A stretch of DNA of 64,000 nucleotides, from the IMG/VR virus record IMGVR_UViG_3300009494_000372. One strand, 5' to 3'. Made by a program: the position numbers and the translations under genes. Within the stretch, counting starts at the first letter, position 1; each line of letters opens with the position of its first letter. Source of the DNA: a virus. The notes below the pieces were generated by a model, which saw nothing but the letters and a program-made list of their open reading frames with translations, had not been told where the DNA came from and ran no database searches. Below, piece by piece: positions 19,357-28,267 of the stretch.

Positions 19357-19427
19357 TCAGATCTCATAGGTCGGCTCCAGCCCGGTCTGTTCTATTGCCT
19401 CTTCCGCCAACGGTTTTGCTATGGCGA

Positions 19428-19453
19428 GCGCATTACCGCTCTGCCACCCGGGC
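19428..19453 (-). pseudogene. 5' fragment (acceptor strand plus D arm) of the 5329-5414 tRNA, with a homologous promoter
   Basis: 25/26 nt identical to 5389-5414; upstream GCAACTACC.TTTCAT motif shared; the sequence then diverges. Confidence 0.7.
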
Positions 19454-19494
19454 ATGAAATGGTAGTTGCGTAAGCATCCTTAAATGGTTTGGCA

Positions 19495-19582
19495 CCTTTT
19501 AACGGTATGATCTGGGGATCAACCTGCAATTCAGGTAGGAATCGTGCAGTGGCGCATCAGTCGGGTGCGCCGCTCTGCACCC
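19495..19582 (-). ncRNA. tRNA-derived structured element, copy 2
   Basis: GTGCAG..GGCGCA/TGCGCC..CTGCAC hairpin and CTGAATT loop; just after the TGA of 19591-19965. Confidence 0.5.
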
Positions 19583-19590
19583 AATACTCA

Positions 19591-19965
19591 TCAAACAACC
19601 AGTCCAACGACCGTCTGATCATGCTGCTTCAGCTTCTCAGCAGTTGCTCTCGCCTTCACAAACCTGTGCCACCCATCTGCCACGAACTTGTGCGTGCCGG
19701 TGTTCATAAGCCTGACCAGGTACTCCTCTTCGTTGCTGTCGATGCTCTGGTCAAAATCATAAAAATAATATCCCGGAAGGTTGCTGCTGTCTGCCTCGGT
19801 CATCCGAAGCTCGGTTCGTACCGCACCGAAGGATGATCCATCAAAGAATTTTGAGTCGGACCTGCGCTGGATGATCGTCTTTGGGGATTCTCCAGTGACC
19901 GGTTCCCGGTTGTATGTGATGTTTACGCCGATCCTGACCACATCAGAGACATCGTGCAGCTCCAT
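19591..19965 (-). CDS. Hypothetical protein
   Basis: 124-aa ORF in a tightly packed minus-strand operon. Confidence 0.55.
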   Translation of the reverse strand: MELHDVSDVVRIGVNITYNREPVTGESPKTIIQRRSDSKFFDGSSFGAVRTELRMTEADSSNLPGYYFYDFDQSIDSNEEEYLVRLMNTGTHKFVADGWHRFVKARATAEKLKQHDQTVVGLVV

Positions 19966-19969
19966 CGTC

Positions 19970-20428
19970 TTACCTCAGCGCGTCCCATTCCGTATAGCAG
20001 CGTCCTTCAGGGATCTTGATGTAGCCAACGGCGACGGTTGCCTTGATCGCTGCAACCGTGGTTATCTTCAGGGCTGCATCCACCCACCCGGTCCAGCCGC
20101 CATGAAAATTTGTTGCGATGTTGATCGGTGCATCGTTGGCGTACCCATCGAATATCGGTATGGTGCGAACCCCATCATCAAAGAAGACCGTTAGCCGTGA
20201 GTTGGCTACACGATCTGTCGATATGATCATGTCGGTAAGCACGATCGCGCCATATTTCACCGGTTCTGCTATCGTTTCTGTGCCTGCAGCAACCCTTGTC
20301 ACGGATTTGAACCGTGTCTTGCCCACATAGTGATCGGTCACCGCGAGGGTCGGGTGACCGAAGATATCATCGATTATCTCAAGAGCCTTTCCTGTTGCGG
20401 TATCGATCAGGATTGCTTTCAGTGTCAT
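19970..20428 (-). CDS. Putative beta-rich structural protein
   Basis: 152 aa; abuts its neighbours. Confidence 0.55.
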   Translation of the reverse strand: MTLKAILIDTATGKALEIIDDIFGHPTLAVTDHYVGKTRFKSVTRVAAGTETIAEPVKYGAIVLTDMIISTDRVANSRLTVFFDDGVRTIPIFDGYANDAPINIATNFHGGWTGWVDAALKITTVAAIKATVAVGYIKIPEGRCYTEWDALR

Positions 20429-21001
20429 CTATGCAGGTACGAGGTAGTATCCGTGCATCACTATCGCGAGCTCGCCGGCGTTCTTTGCCTTGATCGCGAT
20501 GATGTCATTCAGCCCGAGGCAGAGCGACTCATCAAACAATATCCTCTCAAAACCGTTGATCTGGTATGTTCCGGCGCAGTCACCGCCTGTGATCCCTGTG
20601 ATCTCGTCTCCGACCTCATCCCATCCGTAGAGATCCACATCAGCGAGCTTGCCTGACCCGAAGTTCTTGTTCACAGGTACGATCGCGGTCTCGTTGGCGA
20701 GTACACCGATGTCCGGGTTCTTCATCACAACGATTTCCATCAATTGGTCTGTCGATATCGTGATCCTCGCCATTATAGCATCATACACGGTTGATGTGTT
20801 CTTCAAAAACATCATGTACCCGCCGGCTGCTGTCACCGTGAGCGTTGGCTTGGCTTCTGTGCCAAGAGATCCCATGTATGCCTGCTGATGCATGCACGAG
20901 GCGAACTGGTGGTATGTGGAGTTTATCCCTCTTGTTGGGATCTGGTTAAGCGAGTTCACCTCTGCTTTATAACCATTTCCTGTTCCGTCTTCAATCATCA
21001 T
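20429..21001 (-). CDS. Putative beta-rich structural protein
   Basis: 190 aa; GGAG-type RBS upstream; operonic. Confidence 0.55.
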   Translation of the reverse strand: MMIEDGTGNGYKAEVNSLNQIPTRGINSTYHQFASCMHQQAYMGSLGTEAKPTLTVTAAGGYMMFLKNTSTVYDAIMARITISTDQLMEIVVMKNPDIGVLANETAIVPVNKNFGSGKLADVDLYGWDEVGDEITGITGGDCAGTYQINGFERILFDESLCLGLNDIIAIKAKNAGELAIVMHGYYLVPA

Positions 21002-21143
21002 CCTGTATCACTCTCCTTTATTTCTTGATCCGTGATCAGTTCGAGCTGTGTGTTGAGCTTCCGCAGTTCCATCAGGATCTGCTGCAGCAGCTCATGATCA
21101 TCATACTGGAATACGTCCTCAGAGATGCTTATGTTTGTGACGC

Positions 21144-21779
21144 TCACGTTAAAACGCTCCATTCACTGTATTCTACCTCTCGCACAACCCTTCTGTCAGC
21201 GACATCAGGATCCGTTATGTCTCTCTGGTATGTTACTCCATCAATAACCTTCTTCATCGATACCAGGTCATCAGCCAAATTGTATCCGAGATGGGTTTCC
21301 GGGGTCAGCCTGTGATCCGGAATATACTCCGGTACCCCGTCCGGATCCTCCGCGAGCGAGATATGAAAGGCAGTCTCCGCCGTGGTCGTGATCTCGATAT
21401 TCGCGAACCCGTGCGCATCGGTCATCCGCGTCCACTCCGGGAAGATGGTTGATGCAAAGAGCAGCGTGCCTTTGCGTGTCAGCCTGATATCGACAGGCTG
21501 GTCCGCATACATCAGAAGGCTGCGGCACGTTTCAATGGCTCTCGCCGCGTAAATGGATTCTTTGGTGCCGTCCGGGAGCGTTACCTTCTTCTGCTTGACA
21601 TGGATCCTGGTTGTCCCGACCGGCAGGATCTTTCGCCCTGTTTGCGGGTAGTTGATGATGAGGGATGGAGGCTCTCGTTCGAGTGGGGGTCCGGGCGGCT
21701 GCCGGACGGGGATGGCTTCCGGGATGGGTGCGGGAGGCTCGACGCCAGGCTGCCATTTCCGTATCGTGATGACTTCCAT
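21144..21779 (-). CDS. Putative structural protein paralogous to the N-terminus of 7495-8307
   Basis: Visible alignment over about 130 aa. Confidence 0.6.
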   Translation of the reverse strand: MEVITIRKWQPGVEPPAPIPEAIPVRQPPGPPLEREPPSLIINYPQTGRKILPVGTTRIHVKQKKVTLPDGTKESIYAARAIETCRSLLMYADQPVDIRLTRKGTLLFASTIFPEWTRMTDAHGFANIEITTTAETAFHISLAEDPDGVPEYIPDHRLTPETHLGYNLADDLVSMKKVIDGVTYQRDITDPDVADRRVVREVEYSEWSVLT

Positions 21780-21879
21780 CGTATGCTATAATGCGGTCAT
21801 CTTTAAGTAATTCTTTTGTGCTGGAAACAACCTTGATAACCCAAAACATTTAAATATATGCTGCACCTAATCGCAGATT

Positions 21880-22119
21880 ATGGGCACAATCACCGTTAAC
21901 CTGAAAGACAACATCGAACAGGATTTCAGGGCAGTTGCCATCGAAACCTTTGGAGCGGGCAAAGGACATCTCGGTAAAGCACTCGCCGAAGCGTTGCAGA
22001 ACTGGGTATACGAACATAAGCAAGAGAGAATAGCCAGAACGGGAAAAGACATAATGAGGCACGGAAGTGTATTTGGAAAACGGTTATACGAACATAGAGA
22101 GGATTTGCATGAACGATGA
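21880..22119 (+). CDS. vapB: Antitoxin (ribbon-helix-helix, VapB-like)
   Basis: MGTITVNL..AEALQNW; overlaps the PIN gene; TTTAAATA box upstream. Confidence 0.7.
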   Translation: MGTITVNLKDNIEQDFRAVAIETFGAGKGHLGKALAEALQNWVYEHKQERIARTGKDIMRHGSVFGKRLYEHREDLHER

Positions 22120-22552
22120 ACTTGTATTAATCGATTCAAATATACTTGTGTACGCTTTTGACAAAAGCGAACCTGAAAAACAAAAGATATGCACAGAACT
22201 ACTCGATGAGTGTTGGAATGGAGCGCGAGAGTTTGCGGTTTCCGTACAGAATCTTTCAGAGTTCTACGTCATCGCGACCAGCAAGATCGAGAACCCGATT
22301 TCGAGAAAAACAGCGAGAATCTTTGTGACATCGGTTGTTCGGTTCAGAAAATGGAATGTGATTAACCTCGATGCAGAGGCGGTTGTGGATGCGATCAAAC
22401 TGAATGAGACTTATGGCATCCATTATTGGGATGCGGTGCTGGCTGCGACAATGAAAAAACATGGGATTTTCTCCATTTACACCGAGGACGGTCATTTTTC
22501 GAGGATTCCGTGGTTGACCGCGATTAACCCAATGGAGCAAACATGCCCTTAG
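22109..22552 (+). CDS. vapC: PIN-domain toxin (VapC-like)
   Basis: LIDSNILVY, QNLSEF, YWDAVLAAT and YTED catalytic motifs. Confidence 0.9.
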   Translation: MNDELVLIDSNILVYAFDKSEPEKQKICTELLDECWNGAREFAVSVQNLSEFYVIATSKIENPISRKTARIFVTSVVRFRKWNVINLDAEAVVDAIKLNETYGIHYWDAVLAATMKKHGIFSIYTEDGHFSRIPWLTAINPMEQTCP

Positions 22553-22667
22553 GACACGCTCAAAAACACAAAATAGAGATAACAGACGTTCTGATGTGGG
22601 GTGGAATCGCCATCATCCTCCTGTGGGCTATCGGCAAATCAGTTGGCTGGATTTAAACGCAGATCCC

Positions 22668-23942
22668 ATGCCCAAAAGAAAAATAGTTAAGTCCGTGAAG
22701 TTCCATCTGCTTCCGATCACAGCCGCTAAACGCGAGCGGCTCGAACGGATTTCCGAGAACTTCAGAGAGATTTACAATGTTGCCGCGGCAAGGCTGCCAT
22801 CCCTGCAGGACACAAGCAAGTTCAAGTCCAGGAATGCGCTCAACCGGCTGCGGATCGAGCTGCACGACATCACTTATGTGAAATCACAGATCGCCCAGGA
22901 AGCGATCGAGTACGCCAGGGCAAACTATGAGGCGATGGCGACACGGAAAGAGAGCATCCGCGCAACGATAAAAGGTCTTGAGCAAGGTCTTGAGGACATC
23001 GGTGATAATCCAAAACGAAAGAGAACGAGGATGAAGCTGGAGCGCAAACTCCGCAGGAACCGGAGGGCGCTACGCACCAGATACCCGACACTCAGGCGTC
23101 ACATCATCAGGATCCACAACCAGTCATGGCGGTTCGATGTGCGGACCAATCGCATATATGTGGTCGTTCCAGGCGAGCGAGTTGGCAGGCGGTACAAGGA
23201 GATATGGCTGCCCCTGAAAGAGAGCGAACACTACAGGTATCTTGTGAACACAACACCAAAATGGGGCGTCGGACAGCTCGACCTGGCGACTGACACATTC
23301 ATCACGTCGATGACCACAACGATCGACGTTGCGGATTACACGCCCGACACGTTCATCGGCGTCGATGTCAGCGGAGAAAACCTCGCAACACTCGTCGTTG
23401 TCAAAGGCGGCAAGGTACTGCAGGTGCAGATGTGGAGCGGACACGAGATCGATCACGTAAGAGCACGTTTCCTTGACTACCGACGCCGGATGCAGAAGGC
23501 TGACAGACTCGATCTCGTGAAGCAGAGCCGGGGACGTGAACAACGATGGATGCATTACACCAACCACGTAACATCCCGCAGGATCGCTGAGATCGCGGTT
23601 AAATACAAGCACCCGTTCGTAGCATTCGAGGAACTGCGCATACCCGCAGACGGACTCAGGTGGAACTCATACCAGCTCAGGCAGATGTCAGAATATAAGA
23701 TCGCAGCACACGGCATCCGCAGCATCACGCTATACGCATCGCGCAAGATCAGGAGCGATACGATATGCAGCGAATGCGGACACAACGAAGCGAACAACCG
23801 GAACGGCGCAACATTCAAATGCCTGAAATGCGGATACAGCGTACATACCGGGGTCAACACAGCCAAGAACCTCGCTAAACGCAGTGAAGAAGTGCTTGCG
23901 AAGGCTGCGAAAAAGAAGAAAGCGAAAGAGGAGAAAGATTAA
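22668..23942 (+). CDS. CRISPR-adjacent Cas12f/TnpB-like effector, predicted nuclease-dead
   Basis: RuvC-I GVDVS, RuvC-II FEEL, CSEC..CLKC; RuvC-III reads HTGVNTAKNL instead of H.D.NAA.NI; 390 nt upstream of the array. Confidence 0.8.
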   Translation: MPKRKIVKSVKFHLLPITAAKRERLERISENFREIYNVAAARLPSLQDTSKFKSRNALNRLRIELHDITYVKSQIAQEAIEYARANYEAMATRKESIRATIKGLEQGLEDIGDNPKRKRTRMKLERKLRRNRRALRTRYPTLRRHIIRIHNQSWRFDVRTNRIYVVVPGERVGRRYKEIWLPLKESEHYRYLVNTTPKWGVGQLDLATDTFITSMTTTIDVADYTPDTFIGVDVSGENLATLVVVKGGKVLQVQMWSGHEIDHVRARFLDYRRRMQKADRLDLVKQSRGREQRWMHYTNHVTSRRIAEIAVKYKHPFVAFEELRIPADGLRWNSYQLRQMSEYKIAAHGIRSITLYASRKIRSDTICSECGHNEANNRNGATFKCLKCGYSVHTGVNTAKNLAKRSEEVLAKAAKKKKAKEEKD

Positions 23943-24332
23943 TATAGGGGCGCATCATCACACTCTACCAATGGTGTCGCAGCTACATGATGCACGCCAG
24001 GGGTGGCGTTACACCGCCCGTGCGGCTGCCGTGCAGTCGCGAGATGCCAGCCTCAGATGACCAGTAATCGGAAGCCTATTGTTGAATCGTGGCTCAGGGC
24101 TGTGATGGGAAAAGATCGCGGTAAAGACGCGGCGCCGGAGAACAATCACTGAAACATACATCTGGTATGCAGACAGGAAAATCGATGGCAAGATTGGCAA
24201 CGCAGATGCCACCCTTCATCTCGCGCTGTGCGCGATTATAAGGGGATACATAACTTCGCGACAAGAAAAGCGACTGTGTGAGAGATACGGTCTACTTCGA
24301 TATTTTGCGCTGAAACGGGGTTTTCGGGTAGT
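23943..24332 (+). ncRNA. Candidate tracrRNA/leader region
   Basis: Non-coding; GTTACACCGC (24008-24017) and TTCGCGAC (24255-24262) are partly complementary to the repeat ends. Confidence 0.35.
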
Positions 24333-25473
24333 GTCGCGGGGCATGTTTCAGAGAGACATGCACTGTAACCTGGCGGCTCGTGAACAAGAGATCGTGCTTG
24401 AGGCTGGTCGCGGGGCATGTTTCAGAGAGACATGCACTGTAACCAGGGCGATGTGAGTCTATACGAACCGATCTATTGTCGCGGGGCATGTTTCAGAGAG
24501 ACATGCACTGTAACATCAGAAATCATCGATACCTGAAAAGCAGCAGGTAGAGGTCGCGGGGCATGTTTCAGAGGGACATGCACTGTAACTATAGTGCAAA
24601 GTTTGATTCCAAAACAGATTTGGATGGTGTCGCGGGGCATGTTTCAGAGAGACATGCACTGTAACGATTGAATGACCTATGCAGATGAAGCTCCCAAGGG
24701 TCGCGGGGCATGTTTCAGAGAGACATGCACTGTAACACAGGGCACACGGGTCAAACATAAGCGATACGCATTGTCGCGGGGCATGTTTCAGAGAGACATG
24801 CACTGTAACTTGTGACAAAATCGATTAGAATGTTATTTTAGCATAGTCGCGGGGCATGTTTCAGAGAGACATGCACTGTAACCTCTGCACTGCTTGCGGT
24901 TATGCGTTCCTCCAATCCGGGTCGCGGGGCATGTTTCAGAGAGACATGCGCTGTAACGAACGCCAGTGAGCTGTATATGGCTCCCGGGTGACGTCGCGGG
25001 GCATGTTTCAGAGAGACATGCACTGTAACTGCCTGCATATTCTGATTTGGTTGGATACATCGCCGAGTCGCGGGGCATGTTTCAGAGGGACATGCGCTGT
25101 AACGTTAAAGGCTATCGATAAAACAGCTCCTGCAACGTAATGTCGCGGGGCATGTTTCAGATAGACATGCGCTGTAACGGCGGAGTCATGATCAGGCGTT
25201 GATGATCATCCATCTCAAGTCGCTGGCATGTTTCAGAGGGACATGCACTGTAACTTCCCAGGTTTATTTCATGCATGGTTTTTCACATAGGGTCGCGGGG
25301 CATGTTTCAGAGAGACATGCGCTGTAACTATGCGATCACACAGAATTAAATGCAATTGGAATCTGGGTAGCGGGGCATGTTTCAGAGAGACATGCACTGT
25401 AACTCTACAATGATCTCATTACCCTTGTGACGTATAGTCGCGGGGCATGTTTCAGAGGGACATGCGATGTAAC
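24333..25473 (+). CRISPR. CRISPR array: 16 repeats of 37 nt (GTCGCGGGGCATGTTTCAGAGAGACATGCACTGTAAC), 15 spacers of 33-40 nt
   Basis: Repeats at 24333, 24407, 24478, 24553, 24629, 24700, 24773, 24846, 24921, 24993, 25067, 25142, 25219, 25292, 25367 and 25437; degeneracy increases rightwards; partial repeat at 25492-25503. Confidence 0.97.
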
Positions 25474-25892
25474 GATAACTTACAGATGGATATGCGCTGT
25501 AACCATGGGGACGGTATCTGGAATCCGGGTGGATTATTGGTGAAAATCGAGGAAGATTATGAACATAATGGATAATGGCAGGGTTGATGCGATATTAGGC
25601 AGGTTGCAAGAGCAACTCGATAAGGATCCCAAAGAGCTCGAGCTGGTGCTCGACATCATTGAGGAGGTAATCTAAGTGAAATTCACGCCACCACAGACCC
25701 TCAAGCCAGAGGATGTACCGGACGTTTTCGGTGGTGATGAATTCACCATCAACGTATCAAAGGTCAAAGACTCGTTCACGGATTTCCTGAACATGGCAGA
25801 GTTCCTGAAAACAACTACCCTGACCTGCAAGACATGCAGCGAATTCCCATGCCACCGCAGCCAGGATCCGGACCAGAAGATCGGGTTCTGCT

Positions 25893-26243
25893 ATGAGGTG
25901 GAATCGGATGAGTAAGACAACCATTCCGAAATACTCATACGTGATCATAGTTGCACAGTTTGTTATTGGGGCTGCCACTATTGTGTTTCTAATTCTCGAC
26001 GAGTTCAGACTCTGGGCGTACCTGTACACGCTGTTCATACTAATAACTGGCATACAATTCTACCGGCTCCGGCGGGCACGCAATCATCTGGAGCGGGAGT
26101 ATATACTACAGATCCGGAATGCAATTGCAGAATATCAGAATAGGGAGCTGACCCTACACGAGTCACAACCCACTATAGAAGATGATCTTGAAGGTCTGCG
26201 AGAGGATATTAAGAGACATAGGCTGGCGAAAGATGATGTTTGA
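25893..26243 (+). CDS. Small two-TM membrane protein
   Basis: Two hydrophobic helices followed by a coiled coil. Confidence 0.45.
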   Translation: MRWNRMSKTTIPKYSYVIIVAQFVIGAATIVFLILDEFRLWAYLYTLFILITGIQFYRLRRARNHLEREYILQIRNAIAEYQNRELTLHESQPTIEDDLEGLREDIKRHRLAKDDV

Positions 26244-26262
26244 CTGGAAAATCGTGATCGCT

Positions 26263-27589
26263 TGCCTGCGATGTGTCGATATGCATCTAAAAAAGACACA
26301 ATCACCGCAGGCGAAAGGTTTTTAACCTTATTGATTAAAAAGATTATTGTCGATATGCAGGAAATAGTCAGAGCGTATAAGGCAGAGTTAAAGCTCAACA
26401 ACAAGCAGACCACCGATTGCACAAACCACATCAACGCGGCTCGGTTCGCGTGGAATTGGGGTCTGGCACGCCGGATTGAAGCATACAAAGAGCAGGGCGT
26501 ATCGTTGAATGCCATAAGTCTGCACAGAGAGCTTAACAGTCTCAAAAAAACAGAGCTGTCATGGCTGTACGGCGTCAGTAAATGCGCACCACAAGAAGCG
26601 TTGAGAGACCTGGATAAGGCATACACTAACTTTTTCGATCATAGAGCAAGATACCCACGATTTAAAACGAAAAAAGGGAAGCGAAGTAAACGAACATTCC
26701 GTTTAACCGGTGCTATTAAAGTATTCACAGATTCTATTCAGTTGCCACGTCTCGGGCGATTGCGACTGAAAGAGCGTGATTATCTACCATCCGACAAACA
26801 CATCCTATCGGCAACCGTATCCGAGACAGCAGGACACTGGTTTGTCTCAGTACAGGTGAAAGAGGCTGTTGAATTTCCATCTAACAACGGAGAGATCGCT
26901 GGAGTCGATTTAGGGATCAAGACGATGGCTTACGTTTCAGATGGCACAACCTTCGAGAGTCCGAAAGCATTGAAACGATATGAGCGGAAACTAAAACGTG
27001 CTCAACGAAAAGTTTCAAGGAGAGTGAAAGGTAGCAACAACCGGATAAAAGCCGTAAAAGAATTGCAAAGAATCCACAAACGGATAAGAGACATTAGAAC
27101 AGATGCTATCCACAAAACAACGAACCATCTGGCAAAAACCAAGTCAGTAATAGTGCTCGAAGACCTTAACGTAAAAGGGATGATGAAAAATCATTGTCTC
27201 GCAAAAGTGATAGCAGACGTCGGGCTGTATGAATTTCGCAGGCAGATGGAATACAAGTGTCCGCTATACGGGTCAGAATTGGTCTTCGCTGATCGATTCT
27301 TCCCATCAAGTAAGATGTGTTCGCGGTGCGGACACATCAAAACAGACCTCACACTGTCACAACGGACGTTTATCTGCGATGAATGCGGATTCATGATAGA
27401 CAGAGATCACAATGCAAGTCTTAACTTGAGACAGGTGGCTGTCAGTTTGACGGACACCTTAAAAACGCCTGTTGGAGAAGGAAGCTCTGGCTTGCTCGAT
27501 ATTGGAGCAAGTGAAACTTTCTTTGATGAATCAGGAAATAAACACTATTTGGGTATAGGTGTCCTGAATGGTTAAGTTTTATATAACGG
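26263..27589 (+). mobile_element. Non-autonomous tnpB-only IS element, copy 2
   Basis: Near-duplicate of 3721-5047; ends in ...ATAACGG. Confidence 0.75.
26355..27575 (+). CDS. tnpB: TnpB RNA-guided endonuclease, RuvC intact
   Basis: GVDLG, VLEDL and DRDHNAS. Confidence 0.92.
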   Translation: MQEIVRAYKAELKLNNKQTTDCTNHINAARFAWNWGLARRIEAYKEQGVSLNAISLHRELNSLKKTELSWLYGVSKCAPQEALRDLDKAYTNFFDHRARYPRFKTKKGKRSKRTFRLTGAIKVFTDSIQLPRLGRLRLKERDYLPSDKHILSATVSETAGHWFVSVQVKEAVEFPSNNGEIAGVDLGIKTMAYVSDGTTFESPKALKRYERKLKRAQRKVSRRVKGSNNRIKAVKELQRIHKRIRDIRTDAIHKTTNHLAKTKSVIVLEDLNVKGMMKNHCLAKVIADVGLYEFRRQMEYKCPLYGSELVFADRFFPSSKMCSRCGHIKTDLTLSQRTFICDECGFMIDRDHNASLNLRQVAVSLTDTLKTPVGEGSSGLLDIGASETFFDESGNKHYLGIGVLNG

Positions 27590-28130
27590 ACTGCCTGATC
27601 ACGCACGAGAAATGCACCGAAGCCGACTGCCCGGTGCTGTACCGGCACGCTAATATCCTATAACCACCCACAAGGACCTGCGCCAGATACTGGTGTGCAT
27701 CACTGGCGACACCCGGAGAACCCGCCGCCATGTGGGCTCCGGGATCGCCAAAATCAGACCGTTGCGGGATTGAAACTGCGCAAATCACGATACTTCGACT
27801 ATAGAAGTATGGCGACACCCGGAGCCTACCTCCGTGGAGGCTACCTCCGTGGAGGCTCCGGCTTGCCACATAAGTACTAAATTAGTATTAATTAGTAATG
27901 ATTAGTAGATGCGTAAGCCAACACATCTTTACTTAAAATTGGGATCCCAATCTAAGTCAACGCATCTTTACTTACAGCGGATGTGCAAAAACGATAGCGG
28001 TTAACATTTTGCTGGCGTCGGCAAAATGCTGAGGAGTGCAATACACTCCGCCCACATCCTCACTCTACTGCGAGAGGACGTGGAGCAAGCCAGACATGAC
28101 GCAGATCAATCAGGTAAAAAAATAGAAGGA
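27590..28130. other. Non-coding repeat-rich region, candidate replication origin
   Basis: TGGCGACACCCGGAG x2, CTACCTCCGTGGAGG x2 in tandem, AT-rich TTAGTA repeats and AAC(A/G)CATCTTT(T)ACTTA x2; next to the MCM-like gene. Confidence 0.35.
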
Positions 28131-28267
28131 TAACCTCCGGTTATCCCTCTTCAGCATCCAGCTTATCAAGATATTCCTCAAATAGTCTGTTTACGACCTC
28201 TGCAATGTTAACTTCCTTTGTTATTGCACGGTTGTACAGTTTGATTCTTATGTTTATCCCTGGCATA

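Noticed and set aside
19356-19453. tmRNA-like interpretation of the half-tRNA followed by a short ORF
   Set aside because: There is no matching 3' tRNA-like end, and tmRNA is not known in archaea; recombination is the simpler explanation.
24810-24845. CRISPR spacer 7 starts with TTGTGACA like the 39.3-kb operator boxes, and its reverse complement resembles the vapBC upstream region over 11 nt
   Set aside because: Matches of 8-11 nt are expected by chance in 64 kb and do not extend.
25030-25066. Spacer 10 translates to DLVGYIA, like DLIGYIP at the start of the GGPP synthase; spacer 8 (reverse) gives EERITA as in 51741-52133
   Set aside because: Nucleotide identity is low and scattered, so these cannot be distinguished from coincidence.
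24008-25080. Minus-strand ORFs over the CRISPR array (VTVHVSLKHAPR / YSACLSETCPAT repeats)
   Set aside because: They are translations of CRISPR repeats.
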